A DNA stretch of 62,930 bases, filler included. It is 11 parts of 11 records of this genome, joined end to end, with 100 filler letters (N's around TTAATTAATTAA, not from the genome) between each part and the next. Parts side by side here need not be neighbours in the genome. Positions count along the whole stretch, not along the records: positions 30,849 to 40,108 come from SRR15195285_422; positions 40,209 to 44,141 come from SRR15195285_423; positions 44,242 to 48,428 come from SRR15195285_427; 8 more parts are not named here. The stretch is one strand, 5' to 3'. Positions 34,068 through 45,680 of this stretch are shown in pieces. The translations under genes were made by a program, and so were the position numbers. Position 1 is the stretch's first letter. Every line of letters starts with the position of its first letter. Under the pieces are notes generated by a model. It was not told where the DNA came from. It did no database searches and saw only the letters and a program-made list of their open reading frames with translations.

Positions 34068-37000
34068 TTACAGTGACCAGAGCGTATACTGCCCTCCTGG
34101 GGCCTTCGTCAGCTGCAGTTCGCGCTCCTTTTCAGGACGGCTGTCGTCGGTCACCTCGCCAATTGAAAATGTGCAGTTCACCTCCCTGCCGCTGAACCAC
34201 GAGCTAGAATTGTCGAACTCAAATGTAAGCTCGCCGTCTGTCTCACAGAGGTGCGAGCCCTGGACCCACCACGTGCTGCAGCCTTCGCCGAACTGAGTCA
34301 GTGGGAGCACGACCAGCTCTGCACCGCCGCCACCACTGACAAATGTGCCGGTTGCAGAGAGCGACGAGTCACTTATGACAAGGCTCCAGCAAAGCCGCTG
34401 CCCTGGGCTGAGGGTAGCAGTGACTAGCTCTTTTCGTCGAGCTCCAACATCTAGCGTGGTTGGCTGGAGCAATCCAAGCTTGAGAGGCGGCTGCGGTGGC
34501 TGCTCTCGCGCCGCCTTTTCCGCGTTCAGCAGCGCAGTCGTTACAGCAGCCTTATTCTGCGTTGGCGCACCATTCACCTCCACAACTCGCTGCCCGACGC
34601 GGAGGACTTGCGTAGTACACTCTGGTGCTAGCTCGAGCACTACTCCTCCATCAGAGAGCTGGGCGATGCCAGAAACACCGTAGCCGTACCTTGACACATC
34701 TTCGTCGTCACGTGGACGGATTGTCACTTGGTGCTGTGGTACTGGTACCCACGGCCCGTCATCAAGAGAGTCTGCGCTGCTACTGTTGTGCGCAAGATGC
34801 ATGCTGCCTGGTTTGTGCGGATACTGCAACTGAGATGTCGTGATACCACTATCCCCACCAGATCGACTTGGCGTAAGCACAGTAGACTCCGTGTCGCGTC
34901 GTCCTGACTGCTCCTGTAGACATGTGAACCAGTCAGAGAAATCATCTGCGTTGTCTGCAGCAAGAGTGTGCACAACGCCCTCGATACCGATCTGGAAAGG
35001 GAACCGTATCTGGTGCCCCTCGCTTTCGCCAGGCATAGCAGCTACCTGTGCTAGACGAGTCACAGTGAACTCGTGTCGTGGCAGTCTTATCGTGTCCACA
35101 GGCACAAGAGCAGTTGAATCTCCCTCGGTTTCATAGAAAACGAGTGTGCCCTCCTTCAGCAGCACAAAGAACCGGTGCTTCGAGGCGCCCATCCGCCCCC
35201 GTTGATACAGCCAGCCGTCCTGGACCACCGACCAAAGATTCATCCTCCTTCCTTTGTAACCATCGGCATCTGCCGTGTCGGCCCAGAGGCCGGAGTGTGC
35301 AGCATGCTGCGGAAAGCGCTGATTGACGCTCCAATGAGCCACTGGCCGCGACAGCAGTGCCTCCAGTGTGAAACGTCTTCGCGCTGGTGGCAGTGGCTCA
35401 CTGCCCGGTGTAGCGGGCAGTGGTGATATGGGCGACTCCAACCAGCGATTGAAGTAACCAGTCCATGTTTTGGCAGTCAGTGGCGGCCGCAACACAGAAG
35501 TTAAGCTCGGATCGTAGCTTTGATTCTCGCATGCCGGATCGAGCTCAAGCTCGTCCCATACGCTGACATACTGCTGTTCTCGCGACTCGTAGCGTTCCCG
35601 TTCACAATTGAAACGGAAGTCCGAGTATGCGTTTGCATACATCATCTCAACAAGGCGCAGCAGGAGCCGCTCATTAAACTGGAAGAAAGTAGGAAATGCC
35701 TGCAGCATTTGCCACACCGAGTCAATGAACTGGAAGAAGACAGGCGACTTCTCCTCTGCCGCAGCTCCCCAGACGCGGTCACGAAACTTATGGCCGAATG
35801 CCTCCCATTCCTTTAGCAACAGCATCCTGAACCCGGCAATCGTCCGGTAGTACGGATCCAGACAAAGCTCGGCTAAGGAGCACAGTTGGGCAGTCCGGTC
35901 CCAACCGTCAGAGCAGTGCAGTACTACTGTTCTCTTCTTGTCACACACCTCTGCTACCATCATCCGTGCTCCCGACAAAATCCGTCCGACGTATGCCAAC
36001 CATCCCGTAGCAACTACTTCAGCTGCCCACACGCGATCTCCTGCCGAACTGGGAATGTCGGCTGGCGGGTGTTTCCGCACGAGTGCGTGCATTGCTTCTA
36101 GTGAGTCCCGCATCACATGAATGTTGTCAATATTCAAAAATACGAGGCTTGCGTCGACACCTGACTGTTGATAAGACGCCACATCCTCAGCACCACCGCC
36201 TCTCCCACGATTAGCAACGGCGCTCAGGTACGGTCGGGCATCAAGCATGGCAATAGACTGTGACTCAGGATTGGCGGATGCGATCAATGCAAAAAGTCGT
36301 TCGTCTGCCTCGGACTTCTGTCCGCGCACTCCAACAAGTGGCTGAGCACATCTTACTATGGCAGCGTGTGAAGTAGGATGTATCCAAGAGAGGACAGGCA
36401 AGCGTTGCTTGCTGCGAAATTTCGCTACTTCCTGCACGTCAGCATCATTAATCGATGCAGGAACGTAGAACACATCGGGATACGTTGGGCAAAGCTCGTA
36501 GTTGCTGTTAAGCGAGGTTGCTCGCCAACGCGACGTAGCGCTGTTCAGTCCCTGTCGCTCCCATTCTGACCGCATACATGCAGCACCTGTCCATTCTAGT
36601 TGTGCGGGTGCATTCGGTGGGTTGATAAGGAAGCTCCACCTCTCAGAATGTATTCGCTGATGCATATCACCCAAGCTCTGTATTACGTCAGTGATTGTTT
36701 GCATTTCCTTGCCTGGTCGCATCCGACCATTTCCCCCAAAGGTCAATCGCTGCAACGATTTCGATAACGCTGAGCCAGGTGTCTTCAATTGAAAGATGAG
36801 GCTTTTGAGGCAGCTGTGCGCAATCGTGGAGTAAATCGTCCCAATATCATACTCTGCCATATCCATCAGGAGCAGAAGTTGTTGGTCGAAAATGAAGTAC
36901 AGACGTTGCGAGTCCTTGTAAGTGACTCTTAGTACTGGCGTCGCGAAATCAAAGCCGGTTGGATCGTCGTGCAGCCGCAGCTTTTCCTTGGCGCAGAAAT

Positions 37001-39315
37001 CTGCCATCGACACAAGCGATGTGTCGATGAGGATTCGGGGAGGCCCTTGCGCCCCAAGCACAGTGTCATCTGTCTGCGGCTCGCGCGAGACGAAAATCAA
37101 CCTTGATGTCGTGACGAACAGGCAGCCACGGTGTAGCTGCTGGTCCATGAGCTTCAGAACACATGGACCGCCGCATCGAACGATCTCTTCTCTTCCTTCC
37201 AGCCCTTCCTGCAATTTATCCTCCAGCCAAGCCTTTGACTCAATCGTAGCGTCACGCATATGGTCAGCGTGCTCTCTCGTCTGGCGCGACTCGTCAATTT
37301 TGCTCTGCTCTGATTCTACTTCTGCCTGGTGTGCAGCGCGAATGTCCGGATCGATTACCCACTCGGGATTGAAAGCTCGCTCGATGAGAGCATCGGCATC
37401 AAACAGATGGGAGGGTGCAGCCCTAATGACCTGGTTCAACTCGTGTGGGTCCGATGACGCAAGAATCTGTCGCGAGCACATGTCGAGGGTCGCGAGCCCG
37501 ACGCGCAACAACAAGTCGCGCGCCGCAAGATCCCCCCCATTGCGCTCGACCCCGGTCTGATTCGTGTCTACAAACGTCAGTGACAGTGGCCGGCCTGCGT
37601 TGAGGATGAGTGTTTTCGTTTCGTCATATGTTAGGCCGCTCACTCGCTGGCCTTGCACAGTAATGACGCAAAGTCCGGCCTTGAGCTCTGGATGTCTCTG
37701 ACCCGTTACTATCGAAACAGTATCTACCACCAGTGGGCTCGCCCCAGCGGGAAACGTAAGGCCTAGTTTCTTGTCAGCCTCGGTGAACACCACGTTGATC
37801 GGAGCGCTCGCTTCCTGGCTTGCCAAGACCCCAAACATGCAGTCCCACACGCGCAACGCTGTCTCCGCAGGTAGCACGTTGAAAAACAGGCACAGAAACC
37901 AAGACACGAAGGCGACCTCGGCCATGACAGAATGACGCACAAAGTGCTCGTGAATAGCTGGCAAATATAGTTCTGTCAACGTCATCAGAGTCCTCGTATC
38001 AGACTGGCACCCAGCCATACCGGCAGTATGGTAGTGCGACAGGAGGTTCTCTTCCAGCAATGCTAGCATCCAAAAAGCATCTTCCTCCCGGGTGGGTCGA
38101 TCCTGTAGGGCAATCAACATTACGGCCGAGATGAAATTCATCGACTGACAGTACCCAACGCCTGGGTTCCGGAGGGAGTAGGCGACGAGCACATTCCGCA
38201 GCTCGCCCAACGCCTCCTTTGTGTCGATAAAAGTATGCAGCGGAAACGTGCGCGGCAGGTCTTGGTCAATCGTCTGCACCGACTCGGACTTCGGCCCCTC
38301 CAATGCTGCCACTTCGTCGACTAGTTCGGCGTAGTGTTTACCCCCCGCACCACTAAGGGCGGCTCGGCTGCGTTGGGCTAGTCGCGTCCAGACCTCCCCT
38401 CGCATCTCGTGCGGAATACCTCTGCGGACAAGCGACGACAAGTCGACCGGGGCGGAATCTGCATCAAGATATGCGCGCCAGTTGGTAGCCTGCTCGTCGT
38501 TGAGCTTCCGGCGTCGCTCCTCCTGGCTGCAAGCGTAGATGTAGAACTCTGGCTGCTTTGTGTCGATCCTAAAACCATACCGATCGTGCGTCTGCCCTGT
38601 GTTATACGGCGAGGATTCCCAGTCCAGCGCAGTCGCGCCGCTAACCTGACCAAAAAGTTTTTGCAGCGTCCATTGGTCCAGTAGCGTTTCGAGCATTTCG
38701 ATACTGGCTGCGTCGGTCAAGATCTGACGCGACTGCAGGTGCGCCACGTATTCGTACGCCGCCTCTATGCCCACTCCGCCGCTGCGCACTGCCAAGTATA
38801 GCACAGTTGATGCGACGGTAAGCGCCGCCTTCTGCTCCTCGTTGATTCGCGCATCGCGTTCCATATCGCTCATATCGCGTACATCAAACTCGCCCATCGT
38901 CCGCTCCTTCTCAGCGGTTAAAGCCTCCAACGCCGCCTCCTCCAACAGCGCCATGTTCTGCCAAAGTGGCGATTGCATGACCGCAAGCTCTTCCGCGAGC
39001 CGGCGCTCGATGCCGTCATCATGCACGCAGAACAGCAGCTTCACAGTACGAGCGTAAGCGGCTGCGGTGGTCGCGTCCTCTTGCTCGTCGCACGCGCCCA
39101 GCGCTGCGACCAGCAGCCGGGCGAGGTGGTCGAAGAGCACTGGCGGCAGCTCGCCGCCTGACTGCTCGTGCCGCGAGTACAGCACCATCAGCTCCGCGAG
39201 CGCAGCCCTCCCCGGCTGGTGCGAGAACATATCCATCCCCGCCGCCATGTACGTCTCCAGCTCGGGATCATCCGGCTCCCGCTCGCAGATCCCGCGGAGC
39301 AGCGCGACCAGCGCC
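34068..39315 (-). CDS. Fusion: helical domain, TBC Rab-GAP (PDZ-like insert), GRAM/PH, myotubularin phosphatase, PH, PDZ-like, GOLD
   Basis: TBC: LVRRGIP..RGEVW, IDQDLPRTF, YSLRNPGVGYCQSMNF, LRVWD. Myotubularin: NYELCPTYP, FRSKQRLP, RCAQP, LDARP..AVANRGRGGG.E, NIHVMRDS, HCSDGWDRT, LCLDPYYRT, EWEAFGHKF. PH: GWLYQRG..RFFVL. GOLD: LTFEFDNSSSWF. The frame extends upstream of the ORF-track Met to a CAG acceptor near 39316; the true start is unresolved. Confidence 0.88.
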
Positions 39316-39557
39316 TGTCAGCGGCGACGCAGCCCAGGCAGCGAGAGCGATCAGAGAGAGACTGCAAAACACGAGGACCCCAGCGGGCTATCTCGCGACG
39401 AGATGCCCGCCACAATGACTGGCGCGACGACTGACAGAAGATGAAGAAAAGGCACGAAGACCAAATACCAGGTCGAGCTGACTGTCCACTGTGACGGCAG
39501 AGCACACAGCCAAGCGGACTACTACAATGTCGTGCAGTGGTTTGTGTGGTGCGCAAT

Positions 39558-39799
39558 AAAAGTGGGCGACCACTCAGTGGCGACCAGCAAAAGTGGGCGA
39601 CCATTCGGCTATATATATGTATATGTAAAAGTGGTATATGTGCGCACCGGCTCGGCCGTCCCCTCTTCCTCGATGACCGGCGCCACGCGATCGCGGGGGC
39701 TGATCAGACTCGGCGGCGGGACGGCGGGCTCTGCTGGCTCCATCTCTCAGCTAGCGCCCCATACTATTGACTGGGGGAGGCAAAAGTGGGCGACCATTC
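39558..39799. repeat. Dispersed direct repeats AAAAGTGGGCGACCA (three copies plus a partial)
   Basis: Copies at about 39558, 39589 and 39782; partial GTGGCGACCA at about 39577. Confidence 0.75.
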
Positions 39800-40108
39800 C
39801 CCCATGCTGGTGCCGCAGCGCCGCTGGGATCAGAGACGTTCGGAGTACGGAAATCTCACTGATAAATACAGTGCCAAGGCGATTGCCCACCAGCGCGATT
39901 TTCGAAAATCGAGAATTGATCGTGAAATTCGGGGGTTTTGACTCGCGGCGGGCGGGGGGCGGGGGTTGATTCAAAAGGTCGTTGGGTGAACTGAGCTGGC
40001 AAAACAATCCGACAGCGTCTCACCAAGGGTACTAGATCTAGTACACGTATTCATACTACTATCCTAGATCTAGGATAGTAGTAGACTCAACTGGGTTGGT
40101 CACTCCCG

Positions 40109-40208
40109 NNNNNNNNNNNNNNNNNNNNNNNNNNNNNNNNNNNNNNNNNNNNTTAATTAATTAANNNNNNNNNNNNNNNNNNNNNNNNNNNNNNNNNNNN
40201 NNNNNNNN
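40109..40208. other. Artificial contig linker
   Basis: N44-TTAATTAATTAA-N44. Confidence 0.98.
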
Positions 40209-42383
40209 GCTGCTGGCAGATGCACGTACACTCCCGACAATGAGACCACACTTGCCACGGACGAGGAGGCGTGTGCTGCGACAACCTTGTTCAACATGAG
40301 CCAGCCGTGCGCAAACCTAACGAACGCCACGAACGGCACGTGGGTCGAGCCCGAGCTTCTAGACCCGCCCGATCCGGGGCTGTGCAAGGACCAAGACCTG
40401 GCGCACCGGTTCTACATCTTCACTGCCATTATGTTCATGGCATCGCGACTGCCGCCGCTGAAGCGTGTGTCGCGAGACCACCGTGTACGAAGCTTGATTG
40501 CCGGCAAACGCCTGCCCGAGGCAGCCGGAGAGATCGCGCTCGCGCAGGCTCAGCACGACGTGACAGACGCCACACAGGATCAGCTGTGGACGCTCGTCAG
40601 GAAGGTGAGGGAAAGCCGTCGCAAACTGATGGGCCCAGATGGAACGACCGAGGCGGTGCGGTATGTGGCCCTAAAAGAGCTGGCGAAGTCAAAGTTCCAC
40701 AGGTGGAGCTCTCGGCTTGCCGCCCTTGTAGCGGCCTTCACGATGATTGTACTTGTCGTCAACAGTTCGGGCCAGAAGTTCACCCAGGGCGCCTTCGGAA
40801 ACATCAAAGGTAGCCTGGAGTACTTCAATCGCACCGATTCTGGCGACATTCTTCCCGCACCAGGTGTTCGTGGCGACTATCGGGGTGAGCTCTACGTGGT
40901 CAGACCACCAGGCGCAGAGGAGTTCATACCAAATTCTGTCGGGGATGCGAGAAGTCTGGTGCACCAGGAGGTGGACTGCCCGATCGGATACACAAATATG
41001 GGGAGGTTCTCCTCTGATCCTAAAGCGGACCCTGACGGAGCGAGTAGGCAGGTCGTTTACACTGCGTGCGAAGATCTGGACAGGCCTGGTAGTGAGCTGG
41101 TGCTGCAAGCTGAACCGCCAACTTCGCTCAACAACTGCCTAGTGAGCGTCGAGGACCAGCAGACTGCGTTGCAGTGGTATGTGCTTACCGCCTTTCTCTT
41201 CATGGCAGCCCAGTGTCAGCGGGTAGTGCTACTGGTACGCGACTGGTGGAGTGACGAGCTGTGTTGGCGCTCGACGCCGTTTACCATCATCTCGCTGGTG
41301 CTTTCGATCGTTCTTGTTATCCACTCGATCGGTTTGGGTATGGAACGGGCACGCGCGGAGGTAGTGGTGGCATCGCTTGCGTGCATCTTCTTTTTGTGCC
41401 GCGAAGCTGTGCACACCGTGGTGGATGCGAAGGTTACCAACCCCGCGGCAGCTGCTGGGCTACACTACGTGCTGATGCGCAATCTTTACTCCATCCTGCT
41501 CTTCGCGGTCTCAGTGCTGCTCGTAATCCATGCCATACTAAGCACACCGTGGTACTGGGGAGCTGTAATCAAACCTTTCCAAAGTGCAATGTTGCCTGTA
41601 CCCCCACCAAATCCTACCCAGGACGAGTTGTTGGAGTATGCGAACCAAGTCCAAGAGGCCAAGATCAACGACGCAATCACCGAGTCTTTGCACTCGGAGA
41701 TCGGTTCAGTTGATGTGCTCTCGCTCCTGCTATCGTCATTCTTCGTCTTGTGTGCTGCGGAATGGATGGCCGAGGTGGAGCATGACCTTGTCGAGGCTGA
41801 GCGTTTCAACACAACTGAGGCGTATAGTTATGTTGACGGGGTCAGGGAGTTAACACCTGCGACGATCTTCCACGGCGTGTGTGTCGTTTTATCCTTTCTG
41901 GCGTCCGTTGGTCTCACCATTGGGCTGCTCGCTACGTCTGACCAGCAAATTCTGAATGCGGTGGTGTGGCCTGGCCTGAATCTACGGTTGGTATTTATCC
42001 TCAGCGAAATCCTGCAGGTGGGACTCGCATTTGTGTTCGCCAAGACGACGTTCAAGCATGGGCTAAAGCCGACTAAAGTGGTGCCGGTGGCGGTGTTGTT
42101 GTTCCTGGTGGTATGTTTGGGGTGGATTCCGCTTTTCAGCGACCCGTATCCTATGAATTATCGAACTACAGAAGCTGCAAATCCCGACGATTTAACGGGT
42201 CTGAATGGAGCTGGCGCGGCTGATGCAGTGGAGCTCGAGTTTCACGACACCTTACGGCTCTGCATTGCTCAGGGGTTCGGCTTCTCAATTGTGTCAACCA
42301 TGTTTCTATCCGCTGAGGTCGATCGCGGCTTCTGCAAAAAGCCGAAGCCACTTGACACCGGCGCTGGCATCAAGGTGCAATGA
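40209..42383 (+). CDS. Multi-pass membrane protein of unknown family, 5' truncated
   Basis: Frame open from the contig start (AAGRCTYTPDNETTLATDEEAC..). About 11 hydrophobic segments with Cys-containing loops carrying N-glycosylation sequons. Confidence 0.75.
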   Translation, partial: AAGRCTYTPDNETTLATDEEACAATTLFNMSQPCANLTNATNGTWVEPELLDPPDPGLCKDQDLAHRFYIFTAIMFMASRLPPLKRVSRDHRVRSLIAGKRLPEAAGEIALAQAQHDVTDATQDQLWTLVRKVRESRRKLMGPDGTTEAVRYVALKELAKSKFHRWSSRLAALVAAFTMIVLVVNSSGQKFTQGAFGNIKGSLEYFNRTDSGDILPAPGVRGDYRGELYVVRPPGAEEFIPNSVGDARSLVHQEVDCPIGYTNMGRFSSDPKADPDGASRQVVYTACEDLDRPGSELVLQAEPPTSLNNCLVSVEDQQTALQWYVLTAFLFMAAQCQRVVLLVRDWWSDELCWRSTPFTIISLVLSIVLVIHSIGLGMERARAEVVVASLACIFFLCREAVHTVVDAKVTNPAAAAGLHYVLMRNLYSILLFAVSVLLVIHAILSTPWYWGAVIKPFQSAMLPVPPPNPTQDELLEYANQVQEAKINDAITESLHSEIGSVDVLSLLLSSFFVLCAAEWMAEVEHDLVEAERFNTTEAYSYVDGVRELTPATIFHGVCVVLSFLASVGLTIGLLATSDQQILNAVVWPGLNLRLVFILSEILQVGLAFVFAKTTFKHGLKPTKVVPVAVLLFLVVCLGWIPLFSDPYPMNYRTTEAANPDDLTGLNGAGAADAVELEFHDTLRLCIAQGFGFSIVSTMFLSAEVDRGFCKKPKPLDTGAGIKVQ

Positions 42384-42617
42384 TCCGTAATTTCCGCAGC
42401 CGTCTTGCATATGTGTTGCACGCGCGTGAAGCACGATGCAACAAGTAGCATTGTACATGCATCTGACTTGTGTATACATGGCCATGGCGCCACGACTAAG
42501 TCTACCCGACCCGACATCACCAATGCCTGTGGTATATCGTCAATCAACATTGGCCGGAACGATTGCAAACACTAAGCCCCCCCCACCCCCCCACACACAC
42601 ATAGCAAATGAAGACCT

Positions 42618-43586
42618 TCATTCATGGTCAGACCACACGATCGCCGTCTTTCGCGGCGAATATACCGGTGGAAGGACAAATCCATTTTTCTGCTCACTGT
42701 AGATCACTGTACGGGTCGATCTACCCGCCGTGCGTAGGGTCATAGCGACATCACGAACGGCAAGTTGCTTCTGCTTGAGCTCGAGCTCCTGCAGCTTATG
42801 CGACGCTATCTGCATCGCCTGCCAGTCTCGTCCGCTCTCTGCTCTTCGGGCGCTATTGAGCTGGTCCTGCTGCTCACGTCGTAGCGCTGACGCCTCACGG
42901 GGCGAGAGGCGCGTCGCGCGTCGCGCAGCGGCTAGGTTGCGGGTCTCGTCAAACTCCTGCTGCTTCAGTGACCGCATCTCTTCGAGACTGGTCTGGTGTT
43001 CCGTAGACCACAGCAGCCGCTGCTGCCGCCCAATTTCCAATCGATGCCGTGCCGCGGTGTAGTACTGTACTGGCTGCACAGGCCTCTCCAGATCCGGTCT
43101 TGCCGAGCGGGCAGGTGCCTGCCGCACCCACCGCCCATCCACCTGGCGCTCATAAACCACCGGACCTCGGCGTGCAGTCGAGGGCGGTCGCGGTGCCTGC
43201 ACCCATAATGGTGGTTTCAGCTGCAGCTCCTCCGTGGTCATCATGGGCGGGTGACAACCCGCCAGGGTAAGCGGATCTCTGCTACTGGGCATCCCGAGGC
43301 CGGTGCGGGCGAGGCCACCGCTTGCCTGCTCCCGCTCGCGTCGCCTCTGCTCGCGGTACTTCTCCCTTTCTTCCTTCGACCACTTCGTGCTGGCCGGCGG
43401 TGCATTGTCCAGCCGGCGCATAGTGCTGCCGCTGTCCGCGCCGTCTGCACCCACGACCGCATCGCGCGGGTTGGTCAGCGCCGCCAGCACCGACCGCGCG
43501 TGCTCAACCAGCACCGTGCGCTCGGCGACCGCGCGCCGCCCCGGCTCTGGCTTCTTCGTCGGCCCCATCGGCTCCGCTGCTGTCAT
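42618..43586 (-). CDS. Hypothetical Arg/Glu-rich coiled-coil protein
   Basis: 322-aa ORF with charged helical stretches; no family recognised. Confidence 0.55.
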   Translation of the reverse strand: MTAAEPMGPTKKPEPGRRAVAERTVLVEHARSVLAALTNPRDAVVGADGADSGSTMRRLDNAPPASTKWSKEEREKYREQRRREREQASGGLARTGLGMPSSRDPLTLAGCHPPMMTTEELQLKPPLWVQAPRPPSTARRGPVVYERQVDGRWVRQAPARSARPDLERPVQPVQYYTAARHRLEIGRQQRLLWSTEHQTSLEEMRSLKQQEFDETRNLAAARRATRLSPREASALRREQQDQLNSARRAESGRDWQAMQIASHKLQELELKQKQLAVRDVAMTLRTAGRSTRTVIYSEQKNGFVLPPVYSPRKTAIVWSDHE

Positions 43587-44141
43587 CTGCCGCCCTCTAG
43601 CTCAACGCCACAGCCATAAAATCAAGACTCCGAGCAGTATGGTGGGCAGCAGCCTCTGTCCGTGAGAGACCTGAGATACGAAGTGTGTGATTAGGAGGCC
43701 TCAAGGAGTAGCTCTACACAGTCATACTCTTCTAGTTGTATGACTAGCAAACCCTGTGCAGAGCTAGCTCTCTGCAACAGAGTGAGCAGCGTCTGTAGCT
43801 GTCTCTCTGCAAGAGGCAGCTCTCCCTCTCCCTCTGTACGAGGCAGCTCTCCCTCCCTCCCACGCTCTCTGTCTCTGCTCTCTCGTTCCCTTCAAGAGCC
43901 CACTGTCTGTCCGGGCCGCCTCTCTTCCTACCCTCCGTGGCCCGCCGGAGCACGCACTCACCAGCACACGCACCGGCCGGTAGCACTACCGGACTACCGG
44001 TACACAAATTCGACAAATGTCAACGCCCAGCACTGAGCCATTGACGCGTGACGGTTCTTCAGATGACGCCCAGCAGTCACAGGCTTTGAGGCTGCTGGGT
44101 TGGATTCGCTAAATGAGGGAAGGTAAAAAGTAGTTGTCTGT

Positions 44142-44241
44142 NNNNNNNNNNNNNNNNNNNNNNNNNNNNNNNNNNNNNNNNNNNNTTAATTAATTAANNN
44201 NNNNNNNNNNNNNNNNNNNNNNNNNNNNNNNNNNNNNNNNN
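44142..44241. other. Artificial contig linker
   Basis: N44-TTAATTAATTAA-N44. Confidence 0.98.
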
Positions 44242-45680
44242 GCTGCTGCTGCTGCTGCTGCTGTCGTCGCTTCTTTTTCTTTCCTCTTCGCCCCCCACGT
44301 ACTGGTGGCTGATCTGTTTTCGCATGCTCTGGGTACAGCGCCGAATCCTTGTTCAGTGGGTCCCGGTGGAACCACTGTTGGACGACCACCTTCGTCGATT
44401 CAGCTGATTTGGATAGTGCACGCACTGGACAGGAAGCATGTACGGCGATCTTCTCTTTTGTCCCATCTGCTCGCGCTGGAAAGAAAAGAACGGCGTCCCC
44501 TTCCCGCGGTGCTAACCGCAGCAGCTCTGTACAGCAGCAGTACTGCATCCCGAGGCGCTCATAGTCTTCGCCTGCACCGCCACTGTCGCAGAGGCTAGCG
44601 TTGCGTTGCGCGCAAGTCATGGAGCGGTAGTCGGTTTCCCGGTTCCACACGTACGTTGGCTGGCCTTGCCCTGTGCTAGACTGCAGGTACGGAAACACCT
44701 GCAATCGAAAGATGATCAGCTGCCCTGCACCAAGACTTCGCCTGTGATTATTGGACGGATTCGCGGTTGCTGCATCCTGCAGAGGAGCGTGGCGTTGAAG
44801 GTGGACAGGGCTGGAATAGACCGTACCGTCTCGCCACCATCGTCCACGGTGCTAAGGTAGATCAGAAACGTCGCCACACGATCGTAGCCAGTTTCCATGG
44901 TAAAGTCGGAGTGAGCCGCATAGTACTCTCCGTGCTGGTACTCAGCCATCTGAGCAAAGTCACACGTCAGAACATGATGCTGTTAACAAATCAGTTCTGC
45001 CTCTGCTCTCCTCCACCTATTTACCCATGTCCAGTTAGAGTGCAGCCGGACCTGAAACACCTCTGCATAGTTTGGGTTAACTGGAAATACGTGCACGGCT
45101 ACCCAACCACGGATAACAAGTCATATACGCAACATACCCGTCAGTCACGTTGAACGGCTGCAAACTTATGCCACAAACGGTATGCGATGCGGTGCTGCAC
45201 GAATCATCAATTGAGAGGAAGAATAACTACCTGGGTTTTCAAGGAGGTTCGACTCGCGAACTATGACCTCGATGTTGTCGTAAATCCTGCGGTTGATTTC
45301 AGCAAATATGTCGGTTTGCATCTCAGGGACTCCGAGCCACAGCGATGAGGATGTACGAACAGGAATTTCGCCGCCAGTCTCGCCCGCTGTGGTGGAGTGG
45401 AAGTATCGCCCTGCTGCATGGTCTCGCAGGTGCGCCGTCCTGTCAGTGCACCAGCGTGTGAACCGCTCGTGCAGCCTACTGCCTTTGAAGACAGCAACCC
45501 GATCAGCAACAACAAGGGCGCCACGCACTCTTCCTTGCTAGCAAAGTTTCTTAGCGTGAAGATTGCGGGCACCGCTGCGACGCGCTGAATCTCTATGTCA
45601 CCGCCGCCGCTGCCAGGGGCAGCCCCAGCGTAAAACTGGCTGTCCCACGGCACCAACAACAGGCAGACTAGTGCCGCCAT
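44242..45680 (-). CDS. Prolyl 4-hydroxylase-like 2OG-Fe(II) oxygenase, multi-exon, 3' truncated
   Basis: Signal-like N-terminus, PAIFTLRNFASKEE, VRTSSSLWL, YQHGEYYAAHSD, RVATFLIYLSTVDDGGET|VFP, PREGDAVLF..HASCPV..K.VVQQW. Confidence 0.85.

Noticed and set aside
39558-39799. CRISPR-like array
   Set aside because: Repeats are too short and irregularly spaced, there are no cas genes, and the context is eukaryotic.
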